Shown in pieces: positions 38,656 to 48,142 of a stretch of DNA of 64,000 bases. Source of the DNA: Rhodospirillales bacterium (GTDB lineage Bacteria > Pseudomonadota > Alphaproteobacteria > Micavibrionales > Micavibrionaceae); NCBI GenBank assembly GCA_020638395.1, contig JACKIP010000009.1, positions 1,462 through 65,461 of the forward strand. Reading direction: 5' to 3'. Below the pieces are notes generated by a model. The model searched no databases. It saw only the letters and a program-made list of their open reading frames with translations, and was not told the DNA's origin. A program made the translations under genes and the position numbers. Numbering within the stretch: position 1 is the stretch's first letter; every line of letters starts with the position of its first letter.

Positions 38656-40215
38656 TTATATTTTCAGAGTGGTGGGTTTTTTCCATTTCAGCCAGAAGAC
38701 GACCAGAAGGCGCGTTACCATGACAGCTGTGAACAGGGAGGTTAGCACTCCGATTCCCAGTGTGACGGCAAACCCTTTGATGGGGCCAGTTCCGAATGCG
38801 TAAAGAATGGCCGCGGCAATCATGGTGGTAAGGTTGGCATCCATGATTGTGCCGATAGCACGGGAATATCCGGCATCAATTGCGGCCATTAAACTGCGTC
38901 CGTTCCGTAACTCTTCCTTGATCCGTTCAAAAATCAGAACGTTGGCATCGACCGCCATCCCGATAGTCAGCACAATCCCGGCAATTCCCGGCAGCGTCAG
39001 CGTCGCCTGCAGCATGGAAAGGAGCGCAAAAATAAGCGTAACGTTTACAAGCAACGCGATATCGGCAAAAAATCCAAAGAGACGGAATTTTCCCAGCATG
39101 AATATCAGGACCAGCGCCAGTGCAATCAGGCTGGCTTCTTTGCCGGATGCAATTGAATCTGCGCCGAGTGAGGGCCCGACAGAGCGTTCTTCAACGAATT
39201 TCAGATCGGCGGGCAGGGCTCCGGCGCGTAACAGCAGAGAGAGGTCATTTGCGGTCTGGACTGTAAAATTCCCGGAAATTTGGGCCTGTCCTGCGCAAAT
39301 AGCGCTGCGGAAAACCGGGGCGCTGATGATTTCATTATCAAGGACGATGGCGAAGCGTTTTCCGATGTTTTCTGAAGAAACCTTACAGAACCGTTTGGCC
39401 CCGACGGCATTCAGCTGGAAATTCACCGTATAACCGCCGCCCATCTGATCGCGTCCGGTCTGGGCGTTCGTCAGCATATCACCGGTAATATCGGCATTGC
39501 GTTTGACGGCAAGAGGAAATCCGCCTTCGCTTTCCGCCATGGGCAGGGTCATTGAATTCGTTCCGGTGCGACCGTTTTCATCCACCAGATGGAAAGAGAG
39601 TTTTGCGGTTTTCCCGATCAGGTCTTTGACGCGCTGCGGGTTATCAACTCCCGGTAACTGGACGAGAATACGGTCTTCTCCCTGTCTTTGAATAATAGGC
39701 TCTTTCGTTCCGGTTTCGTCAATCCGGCGACGAATAACTTCGATGGACTGGTCGATGGCCTGATCTTTAATTTTTTTGAGAGCTTCGGAGGTATAGCCGG
39801 CAGACACATCGTTGCCGGTTGTCCTCACGTCCAGTCCGTCATCCAGACGGCGCAGGAGCTTCACGGCCTGAGATGCCTGCTCCGGATCTTCCAGCCGGAA
39901 GGACAGAGCGTCACTGGCAGTTTTAACACGCCCAACGGTTCTGATTTTCTGGTCACGCAGTTCCGAGCGCAGGGCATCACGGACACCATCAAGGCGGTCA
40001 TCAACGACCCCCACGATATTGGCTTCCACCAGCAAATGCGCCCCGCCCTGCAGGTCAAGCCCCAGATTAACGGTCTGGGTTGGAATCCAGCCTGGCAGTG
40101 CTTCTTTCATCTCTGTCCGGGTTTGTTCGGACAGAACATTCGGCATGCTGTAAGCGAACCCCAGCGCACACACAAATAAAATCAGGGCGATTTTCCAGGT
40201 CGGGATATTAATCAT
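38656..40215 (-). CDS. secD: protein translocase subunit SecD
   Basis: WKIALILFVCALGFAYSMPNVL...GLDLQGGAHLLVEA, large periplasmic loop, C-terminal six-TM bundle; no yajC upstream. Confidence 0.9.
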   Translation of the reverse strand: MINIPTWKIALILFVCALGFAYSMPNVLSEQTRTEMKEALPGWIPTQTVNLGLDLQGGAHLLVEANIVGVVDDRLDGVRDALRSELRDQKIRTVGRVKTASDALSFRLEDPEQASQAVKLLRRLDDGLDVRTTGNDVSAGYTSEALKKIKDQAIDQSIEVIRRRIDETGTKEPIIQRQGEDRILVQLPGVDNPQRVKDLIGKTAKLSFHLVDENGRTGTNSMTLPMAESEGGFPLAVKRNADITGDMLTNAQTGRDQMGGGYTVNFQLNAVGAKRFCKVSSENIGKRFAIVLDNEIISAPVFRSAICAGQAQISGNFTVQTANDLSLLLRAGALPADLKFVEERSVGPSLGADSIASGKEASLIALALVLIFMLGKFRLFGFFADIALLVNVTLIFALLSMLQATLTLPGIAGIVLTIGMAVDANVLIFERIKEELRNGRSLMAAIDAGYSRAIGTIMDANLTTMIAAAILYAFGTGPIKGFAVTLGIGVLTSLFTAVMVTRLLVVFWLKWKKPTTLKI

Positions 40216-40303
40216 TTTTTGCCTTATCGTTATCTGGGGGTAATGTGGGCAAAAAAAGAGCCTCCGTCAAGAGGCTCCCTGTTTTTCAAAGACTTTATCA
40301 GAA

Positions 40304-41935
40304 TCAGGTAGATCCGTCGGATAGTTCCAGAGTTTTTTTCAGCATTGCAGTTACCTCTGTCGCCATGTGTTGCATCAGAGGTTTTGCGGCATTTTCAGGT
40401 TTTCTGACATCGCCGTTTGCATCATAGATTCCTTTTTCCAGATTCTCCCCGATTTTTGTATAGTTAACAGCCTGAAGGCCGTCGCGCCCCGTGCCATCAA
40501 AGATATAGGCGCTGTTCAGGCCAGCAATAACCTGCTGTGTTTGAGTCAGATCCGCCCCAAAGCGGTTTCCGACAAACCCGACGGCCTGTCCCATCCAGCT
40601 GCCGGGCCCACCGGGCATATTCCCCATGATGCCGCCGAGAAGTCCGTTTCCGGAGGTCCATTCCCCGCCATACATTCCCATAAAATGACCAAGAATGCCA
40701 TTCGGCCCTATCATCTCTGCCGAGCCGGTATCTCCCAGATTTTTAGCCCGGTCGATCAGGCTTTTCATCATCGGTCCCCCGAGAGCCAGTGCAGCAACAG
40801 GGGCGCTGCTTCCTGCAATCGCTGCGGCCATCCCGGCTTCGTGATGTACAGTATCTTCAATTGCGATATTTTTGAGCGTTGCCAGAGTCAGCGGCTCTGT
40901 CGTGGTGTTGGCGCGCTCGATAATACCGGTCATCAGCTGATCGCTGTTCAAAAGCGTCTCCGCTCCCTTGGAATTCGCATAGTCCGCAAATAGCTGAGAG
41001 GTGCGGTCAAGCGCTACGAATGGATTGCCTGAACTCGCGCTTCCATCTCCCGGTGTTGTAATCGAATTGGTAATCGCCGTGTTAATAACGGCTTCCAGTT
41101 GCGGGTGTTTTTCCAGCGCTGTGGCGAGTTTTTCCTGAAATCCTGCGATGGAGTCTCTGCTTGCGCCGCCCATATCCATCAGCATTCCGGCTTTTTCCTG
41201 CAGGCCGAAGCTTGAGACGATTCCGGCGACCCCTGCATTATCAAAAGATCCGCCTTTGTTGTTATGCTCCATCACTTTATTGATAACAGTTTCCGCGGCT
41301 CCCGATTGCGCAATGCGGAAAAAACTGTTTGGATTTGCAGCAATCGCCTGTAAAACAGGGGCATTCTCACGCAGGCGGTTGGTCAATCCTTCGATATTGG
41401 GAGTTTCATCACCACTCATACCGTTTTTGATCGTGCCGCCCACCAGTGTTTCCAGTCGATTCTGGACTCCTTCATTGTCTCTCAGGCGTTGCATAAAACT
41501 TCCGGTAGCATCTTTGTCAATTCCGGCAACCGAGAACGCCGTTTGCATGATGGTGGGCGCATCCATATGGGTTGCAAGTTTTGTAAAGAATGCTTTGGTA
41601 TCTCCACCATCCCGGAAAAAATCAGTTACGCTCGGCTCATTTTCGGCAAAAGACTTTTTCAGCTCCTGATAGTGTTTATGATCTTCAGACCCTTCCGGTG
41701 CGGTTCTCAATCTGGTCAGCGTTTCACCCATCGCCTGTTCCAGATCTTTCCCCATGCGACGTTCTGCCTCGTCTATGGCAACCCGGTTACTGACCCCCAG
41801 TGTGTCTCCTGTGGCGGCGACTGATAGTCTTTGAATTTCATCATCAAAAACGGTCTTGTTATGGTCATCGTTGCCCATAACGGAATTGATGATGCCTTCC
41901 AGCACAGTATGTTTATCTTCTACATCTTTGCTCAT
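40304..41935 (-). CDS. hypothetical soluble 543-aa protein (Gly/Met/Asn-rich), translationally coupled to the 133-aa ORF; candidate T4BSS-associated protein or substrate
   Basis: No TM or signal peptide, no recognisable domain; glycine-rich C-terminal third (GGIMGNMPGGPGSWMGQAVGFVGNRFG); start ATG overlaps the upstream stop as ATGA at 41932-41935; lies in the icmJ-icmB island. Confidence 0.5.
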   Translation of the reverse strand: MSKDVEDKHTVLEGIINSVMGNDDHNKTVFDDEIQRLSVAATGDTLGVSNRVAIDEAERRMGKDLEQAMGETLTRLRTAPEGSEDHKHYQELKKSFAENEPSVTDFFRDGGDTKAFFTKLATHMDAPTIMQTAFSVAGIDKDATGSFMQRLRDNEGVQNRLETLVGGTIKNGMSGDETPNIEGLTNRLRENAPVLQAIAANPNSFFRIAQSGAAETVINKVMEHNNKGGSFDNAGVAGIVSSFGLQEKAGMLMDMGGASRDSIAGFQEKLATALEKHPQLEAVINTAITNSITTPGDGSASSGNPFVALDRTSQLFADYANSKGAETLLNSDQLMTGIIERANTTTEPLTLATLKNIAIEDTVHHEAGMAAAIAGSSAPVAALALGGPMMKSLIDRAKNLGDTGSAEMIGPNGILGHFMGMYGGEWTSGNGLLGGIMGNMPGGPGSWMGQAVGFVGNRFGADLTQTQQVIAGLNSAYIFDGTGRDGLQAVNYTKIGENLEKGIYDANGDVRKPENAAKPLMQHMATEVTAMLKKTLELSDGST

Positions 41936-42333
41936 TTTGCACTCCCGTCTGTTATAGCCGTTATAAGAGGCTCTTCGGTTTCGTTAATTTTTCTGGTCGC
42001 AACGGATACAAGCATTGTTCCCTGTACTTCGTCATTTTCAACATGGGCAGTCATCATATATTCAGCATGCCGCCATTCTTCTGCCAGTTGTGGGGAGATG
42101 GGCAATCCCAGAGCAATACCCAACCCACCTTTACAAATAAAGGTTACTTCATTTTCATCCCCGTCATATTCTACCCACTGCAGTTCTGAGGGAAATGCTT
42201 TGTCATGAAACATCCAGATGAGCCCGTCCTTATGCAATATAAGGGCAATTTTCATCATCTCCGCCACAGTTTTTGGTTTTTTTGGCGCAGTCTCAACAGG
42301 GGCTAATTTGCGTGTTCGTCTCATTCTTCCCAA
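41932..42333 (-). CDS. hypothetical small acidic protein (133 aa); candidate chaperone/adaptor
   Basis: 133 aa, net acidic, no TM; ATGA overlap with the 543-aa gene; no family recognised. Confidence 0.45.
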   Translation of the reverse strand: MGRMRRTRKLAPVETAPKKPKTVAEMMKIALILHKDGLIWMFHDKAFPSELQWVEYDGDENEVTFICKGGLGIALGLPISPQLAEEWRHAEYMMTAHVENDEVQGTMLVSVATRKINETEEPLITAITDGSAK

Positions 42334-42367
42334 TCATACAGGATTTACTGGTTAAAAATCAAATTAA

Positions 42368-42922
42368 TCAGTTATCTCCGATCCATAATTCGTTCAGGGA
42401 AAGTCCTCTGGTTGAGCGGGGCAGGAGCAGATCAGGCGGGTTTCTCAGAATGGCCGGAATTCCTTTGTTAAAGCTTTCGAGAATTTCCGGATGGACTTTA
42501 TCTTTTGTGTCCAGGTCGCTGATAATTTTTCTGTCTTTTCGAGCCCGTGTGATTTCAAATGTGCCGCGGGCATACTCGCATTCGAACACGTTATAATTGA
42601 ATTGCCCTGCAGAGTCCTGATGGCTGACAAAAATGCGGATATTTGGCCCGTAATATTCAACATCCCGCACTTTCAAAGTTGTCGGAAAATCGATATATCG
42701 TTCGACAAAAACCTTGCAGATTCCATAGTGTATGGGACCCCAGCGCGGGCCATAAAAAACATAGGCGAGGAAGCCGGTAATTCCCAGAACGGCAAGAACG
42801 GCGAGTAGCACCAGAATCTTTACCGGACTCAGTTTCTTTTTGGCGGAGCGGTTCCCTTTTTTTGTCCCGTTTTTTTTGGGAGGATTCGCCTCCTGTGAAG
42901 ATATGCGGTTGGCTTTACTCAT
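42368..42922 (-). CDS. hypothetical bitopic membrane protein (basic N-terminus, one TM, periplasmic domain), coupled to icmB
   Basis: KKNGTKKGNRSAKKK then TM ILVLLAVLAVLGITGFLAYVFYG; start at 42922 overlaps icmB's last two codons (the longer track start 42961 would overlap by 47 nt); no family recognised. Confidence 0.5.
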   Translation of the reverse strand: MSKANRISSQEANPPKKNGTKKGNRSAKKKLSPVKILVLLAVLAVLGITGFLAYVFYGPRWGPIHYGICKVFVERYIDFPTTLKVRDVEYYGPNIRIFVSHQDSAGQFNYNVFECEYARGTFEITRARKDRKIISDLDTKDKVHPEILESFNKGIPAILRNPPDLLLPRSTRGLSLNELWIGDN

Positions 42923-45914
42923 GAATCTCTGATTTATCCAATTTTGATTTTGCGGCTTCAATCAATTCATTGACAATTTCGTTAATCACTTCGCTTTGTG
43001 CGCCTGATTTATCCATATCTCCTCCGCGCGCTTTTTCTGCCCGCATCAGGACGCGACGTTTGATCTCGGAGCGCGCGCTTCCTCCCGGAAAGTTGGCGGC
43101 CAGAAGTTGTCGGGCGGCTCCGGCTCCTAACGTATTATACAGCCGTGTCCGGATAGTAACGTCTTCGGAGGAAGTGGACATCGCCCATAACTCAATAGGG
43201 CCGAGTGTGTTAATCAAATGTTGTTCATAGCGCCCTTCATTGGTGGCCAGAACCAGCAGGCAGGGTGCGCCGGTCGAGCGCGGGCCGGTGAGGCGGTGGC
43301 GGATCACACTGCGGGCCGTGGCAGAAAGTCCAAACCGGGTCTGGATATTATCAACGGCCTGATCTGAAATTGCGGCCCCCATCACCCATATGCCGGTGGC
43401 CAGATCGATCATGTCGTCGTCAAAGTCTTCCAGAAGCTGGGAGGCCAGGACAATCTGAACGCCCCTTTTTCGCCCTTCGCGCACATCACGGATGACCTGC
43501 GAGCGCACAGATATTGATTTTCCGGTCCTGTGGAATTCATCATAGCACAGGCGTTTCGGCGTTTCTTTTGTATCCTGAAGCTTTAGCTCATGAAATGGAC
43601 GGTATTTCTCCGGGATATGAGCCAGAGATTCTTCTCCCATCCACCATCCCCGTACCAGAACATGACGGGCCAGCATATACATAATGGAGCTTTGGCGGTC
43701 GGCTGTTTCATCCCCTTGCGGGCAGACATCCATCAGATCAAGCGAGCAAATCCGGGCGTTGCTGACATCGAACTGGGTCACAGAAGACAGGATGGGATAT
43801 TCCCGGATGGCGGAGGTCACCATCCGTTCGAATGCAGAAATAACTGTTTCGGAACCGGAACCGACAGAGGTTTCTTCCATCAGTGTTCTGATCTGGGGGC
43901 GACGGGAGGCTGTAATCGTATCTCCCAGAGTAGGGACGGCGTGCCTTTGGGCCAGAACGGCAATATGATATTCCCCAAGATCATACATTTTCTCGACGAC
44001 ATCCCACCATAGAGGGTCTGCGGGCAAGTGAATGTTATGTTTTTGCAGGGCTTCATCAATTTCCGCATCGAGTCGCGGCAGGTAGGGCCGTGCTTCGGCA
44101 TTGGCGGAATTATCATCTCTCCAGCGATACATTTCATCGATCACAAAACCCGCCAGTTGCTGCATCCCGTCATAGGGGCGTTCATATCCGGGCGGGGTAC
44201 AAAGTAATGTCAGTAGTTCAATCAGATAGCTGCGCTCTTCGGGCAGGGGGTAGCGACATCCCAGTTGTGTATCAAATGGATTGATCGCGTATTTATGTGA
44301 CATTTGCAGCCTGAAATAGGCGGCTTCATGCGTTCTTCCGGGAGGAAGCGCTTCTTTAATCAGGGAAATCAGGCCTGAGGAAGAGGGGCCAATATCGACA
44401 ACAGCAATGAACGGAAGTTTACTCAGACCTGCCTGAAGGCAGGTGCCAAGATTGAGGGTGTTCATCATCACGGACTTACCAGCTCCCGGCTGCGCAAAAA
44501 TCAAATCAAACCATGTGGTTGTAAGGCTTGTGCCGGTTTGATAAGGCCATACCTTGCCATCCGGGGTTCTGAAGAGCATCGCTCCCTGAGTAAATGGGCT
44601 GGAGGGGCGCTGCCAGGGCAGCATTTTCATAATTTCATAGAGAGGGGCGATCGCGGTCGGTGCTGTTGAGGAGCAATGAAGGCCCATCGCTGAAGACATG
44701 ACACAGTCCAGAGGATCTCCGGAAAACTCGCTGGCCTGACAATAGCCCCAGCTTTCCAGTGACTGAACAATAACGGACAGCCGGTCCTGCATCAGTTTCA
44801 GATTATTCGCGGGAGCCCAGGTTGCAATGGTAATCCGCAGTTTTGCTACCGGTTCACTTCTGGCGACCCGCTGGAGACCTTCCAGAGAGTATTTGATTTG
44901 CTTGTTTACGGCATTTGTGACGCTGAGCATCGTTGCAACAGAGGCTTTCAGGGAGATGGCGGAGGCCCCGCCCCCTTCGATCAGGAAGGAAATACGGTGC
45001 GGCACTCCGGCCTCAACCAACCGGTTTAACAGGACCGGAAAGGCTGTGGCTTCCATAGGACCTAGAACCATATCTGCACCGCCGAATAACTGGTTTCCAA
45101 TTTTGACAATCGAGTCATCAACAACAAAGGCGTCTGCCGCTGCAAGCTGTTGTTTCAGGGATGGCCAGAGAATTTCTGATAAGTCTCCCCGGACGGTCGG
45201 CGCACGTGGACGGATGGGGTCTCCTGGCAGGCACGGACGCCAGTCTTCTCCGGCTCTTTCCGGAAACAGATTGTTTTTGACAGCAATCAAGGCATCGTGG
45301 GAGTCAAGTTTCAGAGCTTTGATGTCAAGTTCATCCAGCGCGGAAACGATCGCTGACACATAGCTCCTATGCCGGGTTCTCAGGGCATCGAGGGCGGCCA
45401 GCGGGTTTTGTGCATAGCCGGCGGCGACCCATTTTTTCTCTTTGGCCTCTTTGGCGGCTCTGGAAATTTCTGTTTTTGTCAGAACGGATGGGCGGGTCCA
45501 GAGGACGAAGTAAGATTCCTCGTAAGAAATGAATTTAGAAAGATGACGTTTCCTTTCTTCCAGCAGGTCCATTACGTCAAGATTCATGGCTTGTGCGGAC
45601 ATTCTGCTGGGGCGAAGCAGTACGTCCAGACTTTGTTCAACCCGTTCCTTGTCGCGAATAAAGAAAACCTGCAGGGCATGCCCGGCCCGGTCAAAACGGG
45701 CGCCGAGTTTCAATGTTGCGGATTCAATCAGGTGTTTATATTCGGCATCCCCGATAATCTGCCGGCTGCCTTCTATCTTCAGATACGTTAACAGAGAGCC
45801 GTCCGATGCAACCAGCGTGGATTCATCATCGGCCGTTTCCAGACGAACATAGGATTCTATGTTCTTTTTCAGTGTCGTTTCAAACGGCGCGAGGAGTTTA
45901 TTCAGAAAATTCAT
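42915..45914 (-). CDS. icmB: type IVB secretion system ATPase IcmB/DotO (TraU of IncI plasmids), VirB4-like
   Basis: 999 aa (family ~1000 aa); N-terminal ESYVRLETADDESTLVASDGSLLTYLKIEG resembles the IcmB/TraU N-terminus; central Walker A FAQPGAGKSVMMNTLNLG; immediately preceded by an IcmJ/DotN homolog as in Legionella region II and R64 traT-traU. Confidence 0.85.
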   Translation of the reverse strand: MNFLNKLLAPFETTLKKNIESYVRLETADDESTLVASDGSLLTYLKIEGSRQIIGDAEYKHLIESATLKLGARFDRAGHALQVFFIRDKERVEQSLDVLLRPSRMSAQAMNLDVMDLLEERKRHLSKFISYEESYFVLWTRPSVLTKTEISRAAKEAKEKKWVAAGYAQNPLAALDALRTRHRSYVSAIVSALDELDIKALKLDSHDALIAVKNNLFPERAGEDWRPCLPGDPIRPRAPTVRGDLSEILWPSLKQQLAAADAFVVDDSIVKIGNQLFGGADMVLGPMEATAFPVLLNRLVEAGVPHRISFLIEGGGASAISLKASVATMLSVTNAVNKQIKYSLEGLQRVARSEPVAKLRITIATWAPANNLKLMQDRLSVIVQSLESWGYCQASEFSGDPLDCVMSSAMGLHCSSTAPTAIAPLYEIMKMLPWQRPSSPFTQGAMLFRTPDGKVWPYQTGTSLTTTWFDLIFAQPGAGKSVMMNTLNLGTCLQAGLSKLPFIAVVDIGPSSSGLISLIKEALPPGRTHEAAYFRLQMSHKYAINPFDTQLGCRYPLPEERSYLIELLTLLCTPPGYERPYDGMQQLAGFVIDEMYRWRDDNSANAEARPYLPRLDAEIDEALQKHNIHLPADPLWWDVVEKMYDLGEYHIAVLAQRHAVPTLGDTITASRRPQIRTLMEETSVGSGSETVISAFERMVTSAIREYPILSSVTQFDVSNARICSLDLMDVCPQGDETADRQSSIMYMLARHVLVRGWWMGEESLAHIPEKYRPFHELKLQDTKETPKRLCYDEFHRTGKSISVRSQVIRDVREGRKRGVQIVLASQLLEDFDDDMIDLATGIWVMGAAISDQAVDNIQTRFGLSATARSVIRHRLTGPRSTGAPCLLVLATNEGRYEQHLINTLGPIELWAMSTSSEDVTIRTRLYNTLGAGAARQLLAANFPGGSARSEIKRRVLMRAEKARGGDMDKSGAQSEVINEIVNELIEAAKSKLDKSEIHE

Positions 45915-46013
45915 GGTTTTGGGCTATGCGAGACGATTTTTTAATATCATATCGACTTTTTTTCGAAAGTCTAAGCGTTTATTTTTGCGATATTTCATTT
46001 GTCACAGCTTCGC

Positions 46014-46670
46014 TCAGGCCGCTTCCGGCAGAAGCATGTCTTTGTAGCGCGGCAGCCACTCCAGCGGCGGGTGTCCGGCAAAGGGTCCCTGTTTTGAGCG
46101 CCAATAGGCGAGAATCTGTGGAAATTGATTAAATTCGAGCCCGCTTTCCCTGATTTTGCGGCGATCCAGAGGAAACAGACGTACGCCGTCCAGCTTTTCA
46201 TTCCGTCTTTCATAGGCCTGTTTGGTTAGGAAATCCGTGAGGACGGTTGCCAGAACAAAAGGATCGTCCGTCCCCAGTCTATTCCTTGCATCGTTCCGTC
46301 GTTCCATAATGACTTCCAGCATGGATTTTGCCGTCTCGGACATAACCCCTTGCGATATACGTGCGATATAGATGGAGCGGGCGAGGTTATTAAGGTCTGG
46401 CTGGCTGATCTCTGGCATCCATATCAGAACTCCTGAGCCCATCGGGGCAACATCTTCGAGATGGAAGCACTGGTGGCAGAACATGCAGGTTGTGACCATA
46501 TTCGCGAGGGTCTGGTTATTGGGATTTCCGTCCAGATGGTGGATCAGCTGGTACTTTTCAGCCCGGAACTGGCAGTAGTGACAGCTATGGTCATCACGTT
46601 TTAGAACCTGATTGATAACGTCTGTCGGAAGCGGTTTTTGTGCTTTATATCGTGATACACTAAGTTGCAT
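46014..46670 (-). CDS. icmJ: type IVB secretion system protein IcmJ/DotN
   Basis: 218 aa; Cys-rich motifs DDHSCHYCQF...LDGNPNNQTLANMVTTCMFCHQCFHLE...GSGVLIWMPEISQPDLNNLARSIY match from memory the IcmJ/DotN pattern (RYTCQFCGF...LDGDYTNN...LVTACCFCAQCF...GGGTLIYLPELTQAELNSL); adjacent to and co-oriented with icmB. Confidence 0.85.
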   Translation of the reverse strand: MQLSVSRYKAQKPLPTDVINQVLKRDDHSCHYCQFRAEKYQLIHHLDGNPNNQTLANMVTTCMFCHQCFHLEDVAPMGSGVLIWMPEISQPDLNNLARSIYIARISQGVMSETAKSMLEVIMERRNDARNRLGTDDPFVLATVLTDFLTKQAYERRNEKLDGVRLFPLDRRKIRESGLEFNQFPQILAYWRSKQGPFAGHPPLEWLPRYKDMLLPEAA

Positions 46671-46685
46671 GTTCCCTCTTCTTTT

Positions 46686-48056
46686 TTAGCTGAATGTTAG
46701 TCCTGGCAATCCCGCGATCGGTCCCAAAGTGGACTGAACTGCTGTCAGGAAAGGGCCGAGGTTAACAAGAATTGTGCCGCCGAGCAAGTGAGTTATGGCT
46801 GACATCATAGAGGCCTGTTGTGCGCCTTCGGCAACGGATCTGAAAATAAACAGGCCGCGCACAAAGCTGATCCAGCCGAGGATAAGCATGTAGGCTAAAA
46901 CCGCACTAATAAAATTCTCCAGCCGATCTTCATAGGCAGTAAGACCGCCACCGGGGATGGTTAGGTCAACTTTTGTTTCTGCGGTGCTGTCACCAAACAA
47001 AGTCGTCGCGAATGCCCCCATGGTTGGTCCCAGAGCCAGTAAGGCGGCGCCAGTTATGAATGTCATGATCGTTCCGATTCCTCCGGGACCGCGTGGGCCA
47101 TCCTGCATGGTTTTCATCAATCTGAATACACCCATGATAATCAGGACCATTCCCGCCATATAACTGAACCCTGCCAGCACGAATTTGATAATACCGTGGA
47201 TATTAAAGACAAAGTTCGAGACGACCAGATCAAGGCTTTGAGCGTTACCTTCGCCTCCGCCTATCGCTGCGCCATTGTGCAGGTTGAAGTCTGTCGTCGT
47301 CTGTGTGCCCATGCCTCCCAGCAGAGTTCTGGCTGCAACATCCAGCGACCAAGGCAAAACCAGCAGCAATGTGGCAACAACGTAGCGCTGAAACGGGACC
47401 CAGAGAGATACTTGCCCCGGATTTTCAACACTTTGCTTCAAACTAATTGTTGCAAAATACATCAGGGTCAGGCCCGCGATATAAGAAAAGCCGCTGAGCA
47501 ATCCGGGAATATTCGAGATGTGATCCCACATATTACAGAAAATACCGGAAATCATTCCCGCGAACTGAGCATTCAGACAAGCTGAGCCTGGGTCGGCGAT
47601 TGTTGTGACAACACCGTTCAGGGTTATATATATTTTTCCGGAAGCACCGCCTGCAGAAAAGAAACTCATGCCGCCCCAAGTCTTAACGTTGCCTCCCATT
47701 GCCGTTGTAATCAGGGTTTCATACAGAACGGGCAGGGCCAGCAGAAGTCCGCAGACAACAAACTCGATGATCGGGGTGCGGATCGGCATTTCTCTGGGGC
47801 CGGCCGTTGTGTGTTTGACCATATCCAGAACAGCTTTAACTCCAAGAGCCAGACCGCTCAGATAGGCGGCGATAGACACCAGTCCAGGAAGAAAATAGGA
47901 ATTGGTCAGCAGATTATCGGTAATACAGTTGACGTCATCGCCTGTAGCACAGGTCGCGACTACTCCTCCAGCGTATGCACGCTCTGCCAGAAAAAATATC
48001 AGGAGGCCGAGTGTCGCAGAAAGGCTGTAAAATCTGTTTTTTAAGGTCATAATCAA
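46686..48056 (-). CDS. polytopic inner-membrane protein (456 aa, signal peptide, ~10 TM) in the IcmC/IcmD position; putative T4BSS membrane component
   Basis: Signal peptide ending ERAYA/GG, many TM helices with Gly-rich loops; sits where the small membrane proteins IcmC/DotE and IcmD/DotP lie relative to icmJ-icmB, but is far larger; no direct similarity recognised. Confidence 0.5.
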   Translation of the reverse strand: MIMTLKNRFYSLSATLGLLIFFLAERAYAGGVVATCATGDDVNCITDNLLTNSYFLPGLVSIAAYLSGLALGVKAVLDMVKHTTAGPREMPIRTPIIEFVVCGLLLALPVLYETLITTAMGGNVKTWGGMSFFSAGGASGKIYITLNGVVTTIADPGSACLNAQFAGMISGIFCNMWDHISNIPGLLSGFSYIAGLTLMYFATISLKQSVENPGQVSLWVPFQRYVVATLLLVLPWSLDVAARTLLGGMGTQTTTDFNLHNGAAIGGGEGNAQSLDLVVSNFVFNIHGIIKFVLAGFSYMAGMVLIIMGVFRLMKTMQDGPRGPGGIGTIMTFITGAALLALGPTMGAFATTLFGDSTAETKVDLTIPGGGLTAYEDRLENFISAVLAYMLILGWISFVRGLFIFRSVAEGAQQASMMSAITHLLGGTILVNLGPFLTAVQSTLGPIAGLPGLTFS

Positions 48057-48142
48057 TTCATCTTCCTAAATTCTGATACTCTTATTTCACCATAAACGCC
48101 CCAGATATTGCAAATTTAATTGCAGAGGTCAAATCCTCATCA

